Origin: Dehalococcoidia bacterium
GTDB taxonomy: Bacteria > Chloroflexota > Dehalococcoidia > Lucifugimonadales > UBA3495
Reading direction: 5' to 3'
Assembly: GCA_965221385.1 (NCBI GenBank)
Contig: OZ244885.1
Location: 1,088,643-1,152,642 of the forward strand
DNA length: 64,000 nucleotides
A program made the position numbers and the translations under genes. How positions within the stretch are numbered: position 1 is the first letter of the stretch; each line of letters starts with the position of its first letter. Shown here one piece after another: positions 26,711-35,938 of the stretch. The notes beneath the pieces were generated by a model that worked only from the letters and a program-made list of their open reading frames with translations, made no database searches and was not told the origin of the DNA.

Positions 26711-27655
26711 ATGAGTGAGACTGAGAGGCATGAGGTGGTGGAAGCCCGCGGCATGGACGAGGTGGCCGTCCTCGGTCATGAGGACAAGACCGACGGGGAC
26801 GCCACCACGGGAAGGCCGGGCCTGGCCCCGGAGATTGGGCAGGTGGTGGAGGACGTGTACGAGCTGCGGCTGACGGCCTTGCTGCGTCAGCTGGTCCAGT
26901 CGCGGGGCTATGGCGGCGCCGGTCGCGCCCTGGGCCTGGACCGCCGGACCATCGCGGCCAGCGTCCAGCAAGGACTATCCCAGCGGGTGCGAGACCAACT
27001 GGAGTGGGCGCTGGTGGACAAGGACGCCGGGGCCAGGGACGCGCTGGAGGTTCGGGTGAACGAACTGGCGCAGCAGATGGCTGGGCAGTCGGAGCAGATT
27101 GCCGGGCTGGAGAGCGAGCTTCGGGAGGCGGTGAAGACCCTGGAACGGACCCACGCCAGGGAGTTGCAGGCTCTGGAACGACGCTGGGAGCGAAGACTAA
27201 CCCGGTTGCAAGAGGAGATTGACCGGATCAGGTCCCGGCCTGCGCCGGAAGCGGCGGCGGTGGCTCTCGGAGCCGGCCAATCCGCACCCGTCCGTCCGCG
27301 CCGCCGTTACCCCGACCTGGTTGCCAGGGAAGAAGCCGAGGGAGACGCGGAGGCCTTGGGCCACGCCTGGCCGTTGGTTCAGGAATGGCGGGAATTGTGG
27401 CGGGATCATCCGGCGCGAGGCCGGGGTTTCAGGTGGGTGTCCACCAGGACCCGCATCCTGGAACTGGAGGTCGCCATGCTTGAGGAACACGGGCTGACCC
27501 TGCCGCCGGAGAAGGAGCCGCTGCGGGGCCTGGACCGGGGCGACCAGCTCAACTGGCGGGTGAAGGCTTTGGCCGAGTTCCGCCGGCGCCGGTTCTGGCT
27601 GGGAATCCTGCCCGGATTGTGGAACACGTTGACCCTGAAACGGTGGCGAGAGTAG
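26711..27655 (+). CDS. HTH/coiled-coil regulator-like protein of element B
   Basis: ATG after GGAGGGGGAG (track ORF starts at 26681); paralog of 9283..10155. Confidence 0.65.
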   Translation: MSETERHEVVEARGMDEVAVLGHEDKTDGDATTGRPGLAPEIGQVVEDVYELRLTALLRQLVQSRGYGGAGRALGLDRRTIAASVQQGLSQRVRDQLEWALVDKDAGARDALEVRVNELAQQMAGQSEQIAGLESELREAVKTLERTHARELQALERRWERRLTRLQEEIDRIRSRPAPEAAAVALGAGQSAPVRPRRRYPDLVAREEAEGDAEALGHAWPLVQEWRELWRDHPARGRGFRWVSTRTRILELEVAMLEEHGLTLPPEKEPLRGLDRGDQLNWRVKALAEFRRRRFWLGILPGLWNTLTLKRWRE

Positions 27656-28455
27656 CCATGGCCGACCTCGCACACGGGCCTCAGGTGATCGGCGCCGGGC
27701 CGTTGGCGGATTGTGTCGGATTGTTGTCGTATTCCTGTCGATTTGTTGACGGATAAGTGTATACACTTTGGACAAATGCTCCTAAAACTGCTTGCACAGG
27801 CCTGATCTGGCCCTGATACTTGATGGTGATGTTTGGCTTTACCTAAGGTTTCCTCTGCCATAGAAACCTGGGGGCGTGATCCCTGTGCGCCCGGACCCGC
27901 TTCGAGAGGATCGAGCTTTCTCTTCCCGGAGCGACCGCGAGGGAATTGCTGCCAACGTGGAGTGACGTTTCCTTCACGCGCAGCCGGTGATTCAGTCCAG
28001 CGGAGCATGGTATTGGCTTCGCAAAGGCGACGAACAGCCTGGCGACCAGACGGGGCCGGCAGGCAACTCCAGGAGGTAACAACCGGAAACACCACGGCAC
28101 CCCGTAGCTCCCGTTCCAACTTGGTGTGAATCAGCCAAGCGGACCTGACCCCTGGCGTTGCCTTGCATACCGCGCAGGAAACGCCCATCCAGGTTCGACC
28201 GGTCCTTCGCGTCTGCGTGTAAGACAGATACCAACGAAGGCAGCCCGGTCGTAGCCATAGTTTCAACGCGGCCACTGGCGACCTAACCGCCCGCCGGCCG
28301 CGTTTCTTCCCCATGCCCGTCGCCCGGTAGCTCTGTCTAGCCACCGGCGCGGCGGCGCTTGTCTTTCCGCTCCCCACTTGGCATCCCACCGGGGGCGGAG
28401 TGCGTCTTTGGCTATCCCAATCCAATCCCAATCTCAACGAATCAGGAGGTGATGA
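27656..28455 (+). other. Conserved ORF-free leader upstream of the element B replication module (structured RNA or origin candidate)
   Basis: Homologous in blocks to 8637..9282; the only long ORF (27406..28437, minus) has no counterpart in the other arm; hairpin 27846..27869. Confidence 0.4.
27755..27768. promoter_or_regulatory. Perfect 14-bp palindrome AAGTGTATACACTT next to a TTGACG hexamer
   Basis: Read directly; lies at the start of the leader, 100 nt after the regulator stop. Confidence 0.35.
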
Positions 28456-28929
28456 ATGACAACGGCGACATTGGACAACACCGCGACGACTATGGCGGTT
28501 CGGCCCACGCTGGAGGAGTTAGTTGACCGGCTGCTGGCGGCGTTGCTCGGCGCTGAGGCTACCCACGACGCTGCGGGGCGCCGCGTTGCCCGGACCATCC
28601 ACGAAGCTCGGAAGCTAAGGCAGGCTGGTGATCTCGACGGGGCGTTGGCCGTGCTGGTCAATGCTGACGCCGGCGCCGCTTACGAGTCCGAGGCCCAGTG
28701 GCTCTACACCGAGTGGACGGGTCTGTTACGACGGAGGTTCCCTGACATGGACGTGCTGGTGTACCGGCAGGGCCTGGCGCGGGCCGCGGCTCTGGTGGAC
28801 CGGCAAGACGGCGAGACACTCGAAGTGGTAGCGGCCCTGGGGATGCGCTGGCCAGTTGGCACGGTGGTTTCCCGCCGCAGCCTTCGGGGATTGAAACCAA
28901 TGGCAAGTCAAGTGCAAGGAGGTGAGTGA
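28456..28929 (+). CDS. Hypothetical protein (paralog of 8169..8636)
   Basis: Conserved between arms; GGAGG upstream. Confidence 0.7.
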   Translation: MTTATLDNTATTMAVRPTLEELVDRLLAALLGAEATHDAAGRRVARTIHEARKLRQAGDLDGALAVLVNADAGAAYESEAQWLYTEWTGLLRRRFPDMDVLVYRQGLARAAALVDRQDGETLEVVAALGMRWPVGTVVSRRSLRGLKPMASQVQGGE

Positions 28930-29992
28930 CAACATGGCAACAGCAACAGCGACCACGGACCGGGTGGACATCCCGGCGCTCAAGGCTCGCCATCCTCTGG
29001 CCGAAGTAGTCGAGGCTGCCGGAGTTGTTCTTCACGGCAATGGCCGGGTTCGCCAGGGCGTCTGCCCGTTCCACGACGAAGCCGAGGGCAGCTTCACGGT
29101 GTACGGCGACAGCCAACGCTTCTACTGCTTCGGGTGTGGCTCCGGCGGCGACGTGCTGGATTTCATCCGGCGCACGGAGCGGCTCACCCTGCCGGAAGCA
29201 ATTCGGCGGCTCGCAGGGGATAGTCCCGTCGTCATACCAACGGTAAGTCCGGTAGGAGGCAAGCAACTGGCTCCCGCCACCGCTGCGGCGCGGGACCCGG
29301 CCCTGTTGACGGCGGCAATGCAGTTTTACGCTGGGCAGTTGGCGGTAACACGCGAGGCGCGGGACTACCTGGCGTCTCGCGGCATCAGCGCCTACGCAGC
29401 CCGGCGTTTGGGACTGGGCTACGCGACTGGTCATGGACTGCGGGAGCATCTGCGAGCACAGGGCTTCGACTGCGACCGCCAACGCGACTCCGGCTTGTTC
29501 ACCGATGGCGGCGCGGAGCGGTTCGCTGGCATGGTGGTGGTTCCCGACTTGGCCCAGGGCCTGGTTCGCTGGATGGTGGGCCGCGCAATCGCGCCTGACG
29601 CCAAGCCTCGGTTTCAGGCTCTGCCCGGTCCCAAGCCCGTGCTGGGACTGGGGCGTCTCGGTCCGGCGCCGCCCTGGGTGGTCCTGACCGAGGGAGTCTT
29701 CGACTACCTGACGCTGGCGGACTGGGGCCACCCAGCCTGCGCCGCGTTGGGAACCCAGGGATTGGAGCGGGTGGCGGAGTCGTTGCGGGGTTGTTCACAG
29801 GTGTTCGTCGCCTTCGACAACGACGAAGCGGGGAACTTGGCGACCAAGGCTCTCAAGGACATCAAGGGGAACATGGCCGCCGTGGTGCGCCTGCCCGATG
29901 GCGTCTGCGATGTGGCCAAGCTTGCCACTCGGCACCATGGTCAGGCGATCTTCCAAAGACTGATGGTTCAGGCCGCCCGTTCCGTCCGGTAA
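28922..29992 (+). CDS. DNA primase, CHC2 zinc finger plus Toprim
   Basis: CPFHDEAEGSF..YCFGCGSGGD; LTEGVFDYL..AFDNDEAG. Confidence 0.85.
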   Translation: MSDNMATATATTDRVDIPALKARHPLAEVVEAAGVVLHGNGRVRQGVCPFHDEAEGSFTVYGDSQRFYCFGCGSGGDVLDFIRRTERLTLPEAIRRLAGDSPVVIPTVSPVGGKQLAPATAAARDPALLTAAMQFYAGQLAVTREARDYLASRGISAYAARRLGLGYATGHGLREHLRAQGFDCDRQRDSGLFTDGGAERFAGMVVVPDLAQGLVRWMVGRAIAPDAKPRFQALPGPKPVLGLGRLGPAPPWVVLTEGVFDYLTLADWGHPACAALGTQGLERVAESLRGCSQVFVAFDNDEAGNLATKALKDIKGNMAAVVRLPDGVCDVAKLATRHHGQAIFQRLMVQAARSVR

Positions 29993-30150
29993 CCCCGTCC
30001 ACATCCTTTCCCTACTGGCCCCGCCCCAGCCGGCGGGCCTTCGCTTTTCCCAAAGCGTTTCCCACGACGGGGCCAGTTTGCCCCGCATTCGGCTCTCCTG
30101 AACGGAAGCCGCGACGTAATCACCAATCTCACATCTACGGGAGAAGAATC

Positions 30151-30966
30151 ATGTCAACGCACAACGGAAACGGACACGCCCCCAACGGGGCCTATTCCGA
30201 CGGCAACGGCCACTCGGCCAGCCTGGGCCACGACTTCCTCTGGGACGGCCTCTCGCCCACGGTGGTCAAAGAGTTGAGGCAGCCTCTGGACCCGGCGCTG
30301 GTTTCCCAGCGCAAGGGCCGGGGCGGGCGCAGCTACGACTACCTGGAGGGCCACACCGTCATCGACCAGGCCAACGCCATCTTCGGGTTCGGCGGCTGGG
30401 GCTACGAACTGGCCGGCGAGGTCAGTCTCCGGCGCATCGAGAGCGTCAACGCCAAGACAGGGGAGGTCAAGGTCTCCTTCGCCTACTCCGCTCCGGTGCG
30501 GGTCAGCGTCAATGGCGCTCCGGCTCGGACCGACCTGGGCTTCCACGTCGTAGCCGAGGACACGCCGGAGGGCCACGAGACGGCCGCCAAGGGCGCGGTT
30601 ACCGACGGCCTGAAGCGGGCCTTGCGAACCTTCGGCCAACGCTTCGGCAACGGCCTGTACGCTGACCAGCCTGTAGGAAACGCCAAAGCCAAAGTGCAAT
30701 CGGCTAAACCCGCCGGTAGGGAAGGAAATCCCGACGGTCAGCAATCTCGGGAACCTAAAGACGACGGCTACCTCCAGCAGCTCCGCTCCAAGCTCATCGA
30801 GCTGGGCGCGGCGCAGGGTTTCGACGAGGCGCAGGTTCGGGCCGCCGTCAAGAAGCAGACGGGGCACGACCTGGACGAACTCACCGGCGCCGCCCTCAAG
30901 CCCCTGGTGGACGCCGCCGCTCGCAAGGTTGAGGCGGCCAAGAACGGCGGAGCCAACGACAACTAG
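30151..30966 (+). CDS. Rad52/Rad22-family single-strand annealing protein
   Basis: MSTHNGNGH.. start matches the A paralog; the N-terminal 120 codons of track ORF 29791..30966 are rejected. Confidence 0.8.
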   Translation: MSTHNGNGHAPNGAYSDGNGHSASLGHDFLWDGLSPTVVKELRQPLDPALVSQRKGRGGRSYDYLEGHTVIDQANAIFGFGGWGYELAGEVSLRRIESVNAKTGEVKVSFAYSAPVRVSVNGAPARTDLGFHVVAEDTPEGHETAAKGAVTDGLKRALRTFGQRFGNGLYADQPVGNAKAKVQSAKPAGREGNPDGQQSREPKDDGYLQQLRSKLIELGAAQGFDEAQVRAAVKKQTGHDLDELTGAALKPLVDAAARKVEAAKNGGANDN

Positions 30967-30984
30967 ACAAAGGAGGAAACCCGC

Positions 30985-31320
30985 ATGTACGAAAACACCA
31001 TCCACACCCCATGGGGCTGGACCGATCACATCGAGGAACTTGCCGAGGGAATCTGGCGGGTGTTCACGCCCAGCCACGGCGGGTTGAAGCTCAGCGAAGA
31101 GCGGTGGGCCGAACTGCCCCCGGAGGTCCGCGACACGCTGATGAACGCCAGATTCGCCGAGGAGGACTGCGAGGAACCCATCGTCAGGGTCCTGCTGGGC
31201 CTGGCCGAAGAGTGGGAGCGGGAACACGCCATCACAATCGCCCGCTACTTCCACCGCTACGCCCCGGCGCTGCCCCATCTACAGGAATCCAGCAAGGGGG
31301 TGAACACCACGAAAATCTAG
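30985..31320 (+). CDS. Hypothetical protein
   Basis: AGGAGG upstream; conserved in both arms. Confidence 0.7.
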   Translation: MYENTIHTPWGWTDHIEELAEGIWRVFTPSHGGLKLSEERWAELPPEVRDTLMNARFAEEDCEEPIVRVLLGLAEEWEREHAITIARYFHRYAPALPHLQESSKGVNTTKI

Positions 31321-31420
31321 CGAACATGACCAGGACCCTGGCAACACGGGGCAGTCTCCCACGCGGAGGCTGCCCCGCTTTTCGTTCACCAGCACACCAA
31401 CCAACACGAGGAGAACCAAA

Positions 31421-32479
31421 ATGACCATGACCATGGAAATCAGGACCGACGCCTACTCCCGCCCCGCCGCGAGTTTCGACTCCTACGGCAACCTGGAGGT
31501 CCGCGCCTCGGCGCTGGGCCACTGCCGCCGGGCCCTCTGGTACACCGCGACCGAACACCCAATCACCAACCCCGTCAGCGACGAATCCCTGACCATCATG
31601 GAAGCGGGCAACGCCCTGGAACCCGTAGTCCTGCGGGCCATGCAACGTGCGGGCTGGGACATCGTTCCCGCCGACGCCGCTCATCCCCTACAGGTGTCGC
31701 TGGAACTCGCGCCCAACCTGACCATCACCGGCCACCCCGACGCCACCGGTACGCTGCCCCTGTTTGGCGGCGAGGCAGTTATCGAGGTCAAGACCCGAGG
31801 GCCAGAGGCGTTCAAGCGGTGGCAGACGCTGGGCGCCGAGCGTAGCCACCCGGAGTCGGTCTGGCAGGCCGCCGCCTACACCCTGGGCGTCTTCGGCGAG
31901 ATGCGGGACGCCGTGATCGCCACGTTGGACACGGGTAGCCGGGCCTGGGACTACGAGGTCATACCGGCGCAGCGGCTGGACCGGGCCTGGCGGGATGCCA
32001 CTGAGCGGATGGGAGAACTGGCCGATCACCTCGAACTCTACGGGCCTGACCCAGCCGTCCTGCCGGAGCGTGACTTCGGCGCCAGCGACTGGCGGTGCAA
32101 GCGGTGTCCCTTCCTCAACGTTTGCAATCCCGGCGACGCCTCCATAGAACCGGAACCTGTGGAGACAACCACAGACACACCGGCGCCGGTCAGCGACGAG
32201 GACGCTCGTGAAGCCCTGCGGGAATACGAGGAGTTGCAGGACACCATCCGCGAATTCGAGGACGAGAAGCGGTGGGTAACTGACACCCTACGGGCCTGGC
32301 TGAGCCAGCAGGGTGCGGACAAGGCCAAGCTGGAGGGCAGGGAAAAGTCCCGAACCATCGGCATGGTCAAGACCACCCGCTACTCGGTGGACTACAAGCG
32401 GCTGAACGCCCTGCTTGATCCGCAGGACCGGACCGAGATCGTCACTGAGAGGGTCTCCGAGTACCTGCGCGTCAGCTAG
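31421..32479 (+). CDS. Cas4/RecB-like PD-(D/E)XK nuclease, full length with a ~110-aa C-terminal extension
   Basis: Cys pattern GHC..WRCKRCPFLNVC; the extension is absent from the A copy. Confidence 0.8.
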   Translation: MTMTMEIRTDAYSRPAASFDSYGNLEVRASALGHCRRALWYTATEHPITNPVSDESLTIMEAGNALEPVVLRAMQRAGWDIVPADAAHPLQVSLELAPNLTITGHPDATGTLPLFGGEAVIEVKTRGPEAFKRWQTLGAERSHPESVWQAAAYTLGVFGEMRDAVIATLDTGSRAWDYEVIPAQRLDRAWRDATERMGELADHLELYGPDPAVLPERDFGASDWRCKRCPFLNVCNPGDASIEPEPVETTTDTPAPVSDEDAREALREYEELQDTIREFEDEKRWVTDTLRAWLSQQGADKAKLEGREKSRTIGMVKTTRYSVDYKRLNALLDPQDRTEIVTERVSEYLRVS

Positions 32480-32593
32480 ACCTTCACTCCAACGACGCTC
32501 CAACTCACGGAACGCACCACGGGGTCGCTCACCCCTATAGGGAACGGCCCCGCTCCGATTCCCAAATCACCATCGATTCTTGGAGGAACCAAC

Positions 32594-32968
32594 ATGGCCA
32601 AGAGCATCAATCGCGTGGAACTGCTGGGCCGCCTCGGAGCGGACCCCGAGATGCGCTACACCCAGGCCGGCATGGCCGTCACCCACCTGCGCCTGGCCAC
32701 CGAGCGCATCCGGCGCAACGGCGAGTCCGCGACCGACTGGCACAGCGTGGTCTGCTGGGACAAGCTGGCCGAGGCTGTCAACCAGTACGTCAGCAAGGGC
32801 CAGCGGCTGTACGTGTCCGGTCGGCTGGCGCAGAACTCCTGGGAGGGCGACGACGGCCAGCGCCGCTACCGCGCCGAGATTCACGCCCAGGAGGTGGTGT
32901 TCCTGGATTCGCCTCGCACTGGCGACAGCAACACGGCAGCTCAATCCGAGGACGCCTCACCCTTCTAA
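32594..32968 (+). CDS. ssb: Single-stranded DNA-binding protein
   Basis: INRVELLGRLGADPEMRYT..W..V.CW..LAE; OB-fold pattern and acidic ..EDASPF tail. Confidence 0.85.
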   Translation: MAKSINRVELLGRLGADPEMRYTQAGMAVTHLRLATERIRRNGESATDWHSVVCWDKLAEAVNQYVSKGQRLYVSGRLAQNSWEGDDGQRRYRAEIHAQEVVFLDSPRTGDSNTAAQSEDASPF

Positions 32969-33100
32969 CCGGAAATCCCACAACCTCACAACCGAATAAC
33001 GATGCCCGCCACCATCGGGCGCAACACGGGGCCGCTTCCCATCTATCGGGAGGCGGCCCCGCTCTCGTTTGCCACAAACCCCGTAAGAAGGAGAAGACTC

Positions 33101-33628
33101 ATGCCCGCCAAACGCAAGAACGCCAAACCCGAACCATCTCCCGAAGCCGAGGCTGTCCTGGAAGCCCTCCGCTCCAACCTAACTCTGCTGGGCGAGCTGG
33201 CCTCCCGCTACCAAGTCAATCTCCAGCCGGAACGCCCGGCGGACTGCCCGTCCATCAGCTGCCCCGCCGACGTCTTCACCCTGCTGGGAGCGGAGATGTC
33301 GGAGCTGGCCCAGGAACAGCTGCGCGTCCTGTTGCTGGACACCCGCAACCGCGTCGTCGGCCAGCGCGTCATCTACCAGGGCAACGTCCAGTCCTCCGTG
33401 GTCCGGCCCGCCGAAGTCCTGCGCCCCGCCGTCGTCGATTTCGTTCCCAGCATCATAGTCGTCCACAACCACCCCTCCGGCGACCCGACGCCCAGCCCTG
33501 AGGACATCGCCATAACCCGCGACCTGGCGGACGCCGCCAAGCTGCTGGGCATCGACCTGCTGGACCACGTGGTCATCGGCAACAACAGCCGGTTCGCCAG
33601 CCTCAAGGAACGGGGCGTCATCTCCTGA
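33101..33628 (+). CDS. radC: RadC-like JAB/MPN domain protein
   Basis: IIVVHNHPSGDPTPSPEDIAITRDL; ATG after AGGAG (track ORF starts at 33002). Confidence 0.8.
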   Translation: MPAKRKNAKPEPSPEAEAVLEALRSNLTLLGELASRYQVNLQPERPADCPSISCPADVFTLLGAEMSELAQEQLRVLLLDTRNRVVGQRVIYQGNVQSSVVRPAEVLRPAVVDFVPSIIVVHNHPSGDPTPSPEDIAITRDLADAAKLLGIDLLDHVVIGNNSRFASLKERGVIS

Positions 33629-33725
33629 GCGACCCTGACCGGACAGCCTGGGGCCGTCCGGCATCACGTGGGGCAACAGTCCCGCGCCATTGATTTCCAA
33701 TCCAAATCCAATAAGGAGAGAACCA

Positions 33726-34373
33726 ATGCTCGCGACCCTCAATCCCGACATCCCGAACACCGACGCCGGGCCGGAGCTGTACACCATCAGCGCAGGCGGC
33801 TTCTCGGCCACCGCCGACGCCTTCGCTCGCGACGCGAACAACGAGACGCTGTGGTTCCTGTCGATGGTCGGATCCCAGACGGCGCTCAAGGCGATCTGGG
33901 CCTCGCTGCTGAAGCAGCCGCCAGAGACCGCGCACCTCATCAAGGGCGCCGACGGCATGGCCCTATCGGGCGGCTACCAGCGGTGCGTCATCCCCTACGA
34001 TACCATCGGCACCTGGACCACCAAGCTGTCCCGCCTGCCCGCGTCCGGCGGGTGGCACGCGCTGGTGTACACCCGAATGGCCGAGTTCGCCTTCGAGCGT
34101 GACGCCTTCCTGCTGCTGGCTCCCGACGAGGACGCCGCGCCGTCGCTGTACCACCGCTTCCTCGACCGGCGCAGCCCGTTGCCCCTGCACCACACCTGGG
34201 CGGACTGGCTCTGGCGGAAGGGCCTGCGCGACGGAACCATCACGCCATTGCAATCGGCGGGAATTACCGCCTACCGCTGCCAGCCCAACGCCGAGTGGCT
34301 CCGCGAGGACATCTCCCAGGCGGTGGCGGCGGGACGGCTGACCATTACCGACGGAGAAGATAAGGAGGTGTAA
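33726..34373 (+). CDS. Hypothetical protein
   Basis: ATG after AAGGAG; coding-like composition; no motif recognised. Confidence 0.55.
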   Translation: MLATLNPDIPNTDAGPELYTISAGGFSATADAFARDANNETLWFLSMVGSQTALKAIWASLLKQPPETAHLIKGADGMALSGGYQRCVIPYDTIGTWTTKLSRLPASGGWHALVYTRMAEFAFERDAFLLLAPDEDAAPSLYHRFLDRRSPLPLHHTWADWLWRKGLRDGTITPLQSAGITAYRCQPNAEWLREDISQAVAAGRLTITDGEDKEV

Positions 34374-34377
34374 CACG

Positions 34378-34785
34378 ATGGACAGGACTCTCAATCCGGC
34401 CAAGCGGCGCAACAAGCGGCGCGGCCAGCGCAACAGCGAGGCGTGGCGGCGGTTCTCCCTGGACGGCGAAACCTGCCGCTTCTGCCCGCATGACGAAACC
34501 CACCACCTGATGTCCTCCGGCCAGCCCCACTTCTACCAACCGGCGACTCAGGACGAGATCGACGACGCTTGCCAGAAGCTGTATCGCCACGACCTGCCCG
34601 ACGGCGGCTCCGTCCTGGTCAAGCGGGTGACCGTCGCCAAGTCCGCCGAGCTGATCACCCTCTTCTGCTCCGCCTGCGCCGAGGCCATGGGAACGGGGCA
34701 GGTCATGTGCTACCACCGCACGTTGGCCGTCGTCGAGGTCGTCGGCGTCAACTGCAACAACCACCAGAAAGGAGACTTGCCATGA
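34378..34785 (+). CDS. Hypothetical Cys/His-containing protein
   Basis: CRFCPHDETHH .. CSAC..; tightly packed between neighbouring genes. Confidence 0.55.
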   Translation: MDRTLNPAKRRNKRRGQRNSEAWRRFSLDGETCRFCPHDETHHLMSSGQPHFYQPATQDEIDDACQKLYRHDLPDGGSVLVKRVTVAKSAELITLFCSACAEAMGTGQVMCYHRTLAVVEVVGVNCNNHQKGDLP

Positions 34786-35816
34786 GACTCGCCGCGCAAG
34801 CTAAGGGCGGCTACTACCCCACGCCGGACCGGGTGGTGGACCTGCTGGCCGACCTGATCGACGCTCCCTACGCCCACAACCGGCGCAACGAAACCCTGCG
34901 GGTCCTCGACCCCTGCTGCGGGGGCGGCGACGCCCTGGCCAGACTGGTGGGGAACCTGGCCGGACGCAACACCGTTCCCATCGAGACATACGGCGTGGAG
35001 CTGCACCGGGACCGGGCCGAGGTCGCCCAGGAACTCCTCGACCACACCCTGGCGGTGGACCTGTTCCAGACCTCCATCGCCAACGGCGCCTTCGGGCTGC
35101 TGTACCTGAATCCTCCCTACGACTGGGACAAGGAGGACAGGCGGGTGGAACACGCCTTCCTCACCCACTGCACCAGGTATCTCAGCGACGGCGGCGTCCT
35201 GGTGTTCATCGTCCCCCGGCCTCGGCTCGCGGTGTCGGCCAGGTACCTGTCGTCCCACTACGGGCGGCTGCGGTGCTGGGCCTTCCCGGACCCGGAGCGG
35301 GAGGTCTTTGACCAGGTGGTTCTGCTGGGCAGCCGTAAGTCCAAACCCACGCCCGACGCTCCTGCCGAGGCGCAGTTGCTGACGTGGGCCGAGGTGGGGC
35401 CGGAGCCGCTGGCCCGCCAGACCTACCCCATGTACCGGCCGCCTACGACGCCGGCAGGGGACATCCTCTTCGCCACCCGCTCGGTGGATCCGGTGGCGGC
35501 GGCTGAGGAGGCCCGGCGCTCCGGCCTGTGGGTGAGCCGGGAGATCACCGACGCCCTCTGGCCGGTGGCCAACGCCCGAACCCGTCCGTTGATGCCCCTG
35601 CGCCGGGGCCACCTGGCCATGCTTGTGGCGGCCGGATTCCTGGACAACCTGGTGCTGGAGTCCGACGGCCAGCGGGTGCTTGTCAAGGGCCGCACCAGCA
35701 AGGAGATGGTTCTGGCCGAGGAGACCGAGGACAAGGAGGTCTATCGCGAGCGGCTCACGACCACCGTGGTCGCCCTTAACCTGGACACCGGCGCCCTGGC
35801 CGACATCACCGCGTAA
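34782..35816 (+). CDS. SAM-dependent DNA methyltransferase (NPPY type), of the kind paired with SNF2 helicases on conjugative elements
   Basis: GGYYPTP, VLDPCCGGGDAL (motif I), LLYLNPPYDWD (motif IV); ATGA-type overlap with the upstream gene. Confidence 0.8.
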   Translation: MRLAAQAKGGYYPTPDRVVDLLADLIDAPYAHNRRNETLRVLDPCCGGGDALARLVGNLAGRNTVPIETYGVELHRDRAEVAQELLDHTLAVDLFQTSIANGAFGLLYLNPPYDWDKEDRRVEHAFLTHCTRYLSDGGVLVFIVPRPRLAVSARYLSSHYGRLRCWAFPDPEREVFDQVVLLGSRKSKPTPDAPAEAQLLTWAEVGPEPLARQTYPMYRPPTTPAGDILFATRSVDPVAAAEEARRSGLWVSREITDALWPVANARTRPLMPLRRGHLAMLVAAGFLDNLVLESDGQRVLVKGRTSKEMVLAEETEDKEVYRERLTTTVVALNLDTGALADITA

Positions 35817-35938
35817 ATCAACCACATCGACGGCTGACAGTCAGCCGCATCACGAGGCCCCGCTCGCTTCCTTCTCTATGGGAGCGGCGGGGCCTCGCTT
35901 TGTTTCAAACCCCAACCCAACGACAAGGAGAATACCCC

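Noticed and set aside
27406-28437. 343-aa minus-strand ORF covering the element B leader
   Set aside because: There is no equivalent ORF in the homologous element A leader. It overlaps the regulator 3' end and has Arg/Pro/Gly-rich composition, so the region is treated as non-coding.
28658-31278. ORFs 28658..29731 (-) and 30154..31278 (-), with their mirror images 6266..6943, 6978..7964 and 7616..8602
   Set aside because: They are antisense to the primase and Rad52 genes in both arms. They are conserved between arms only because the real genes are.
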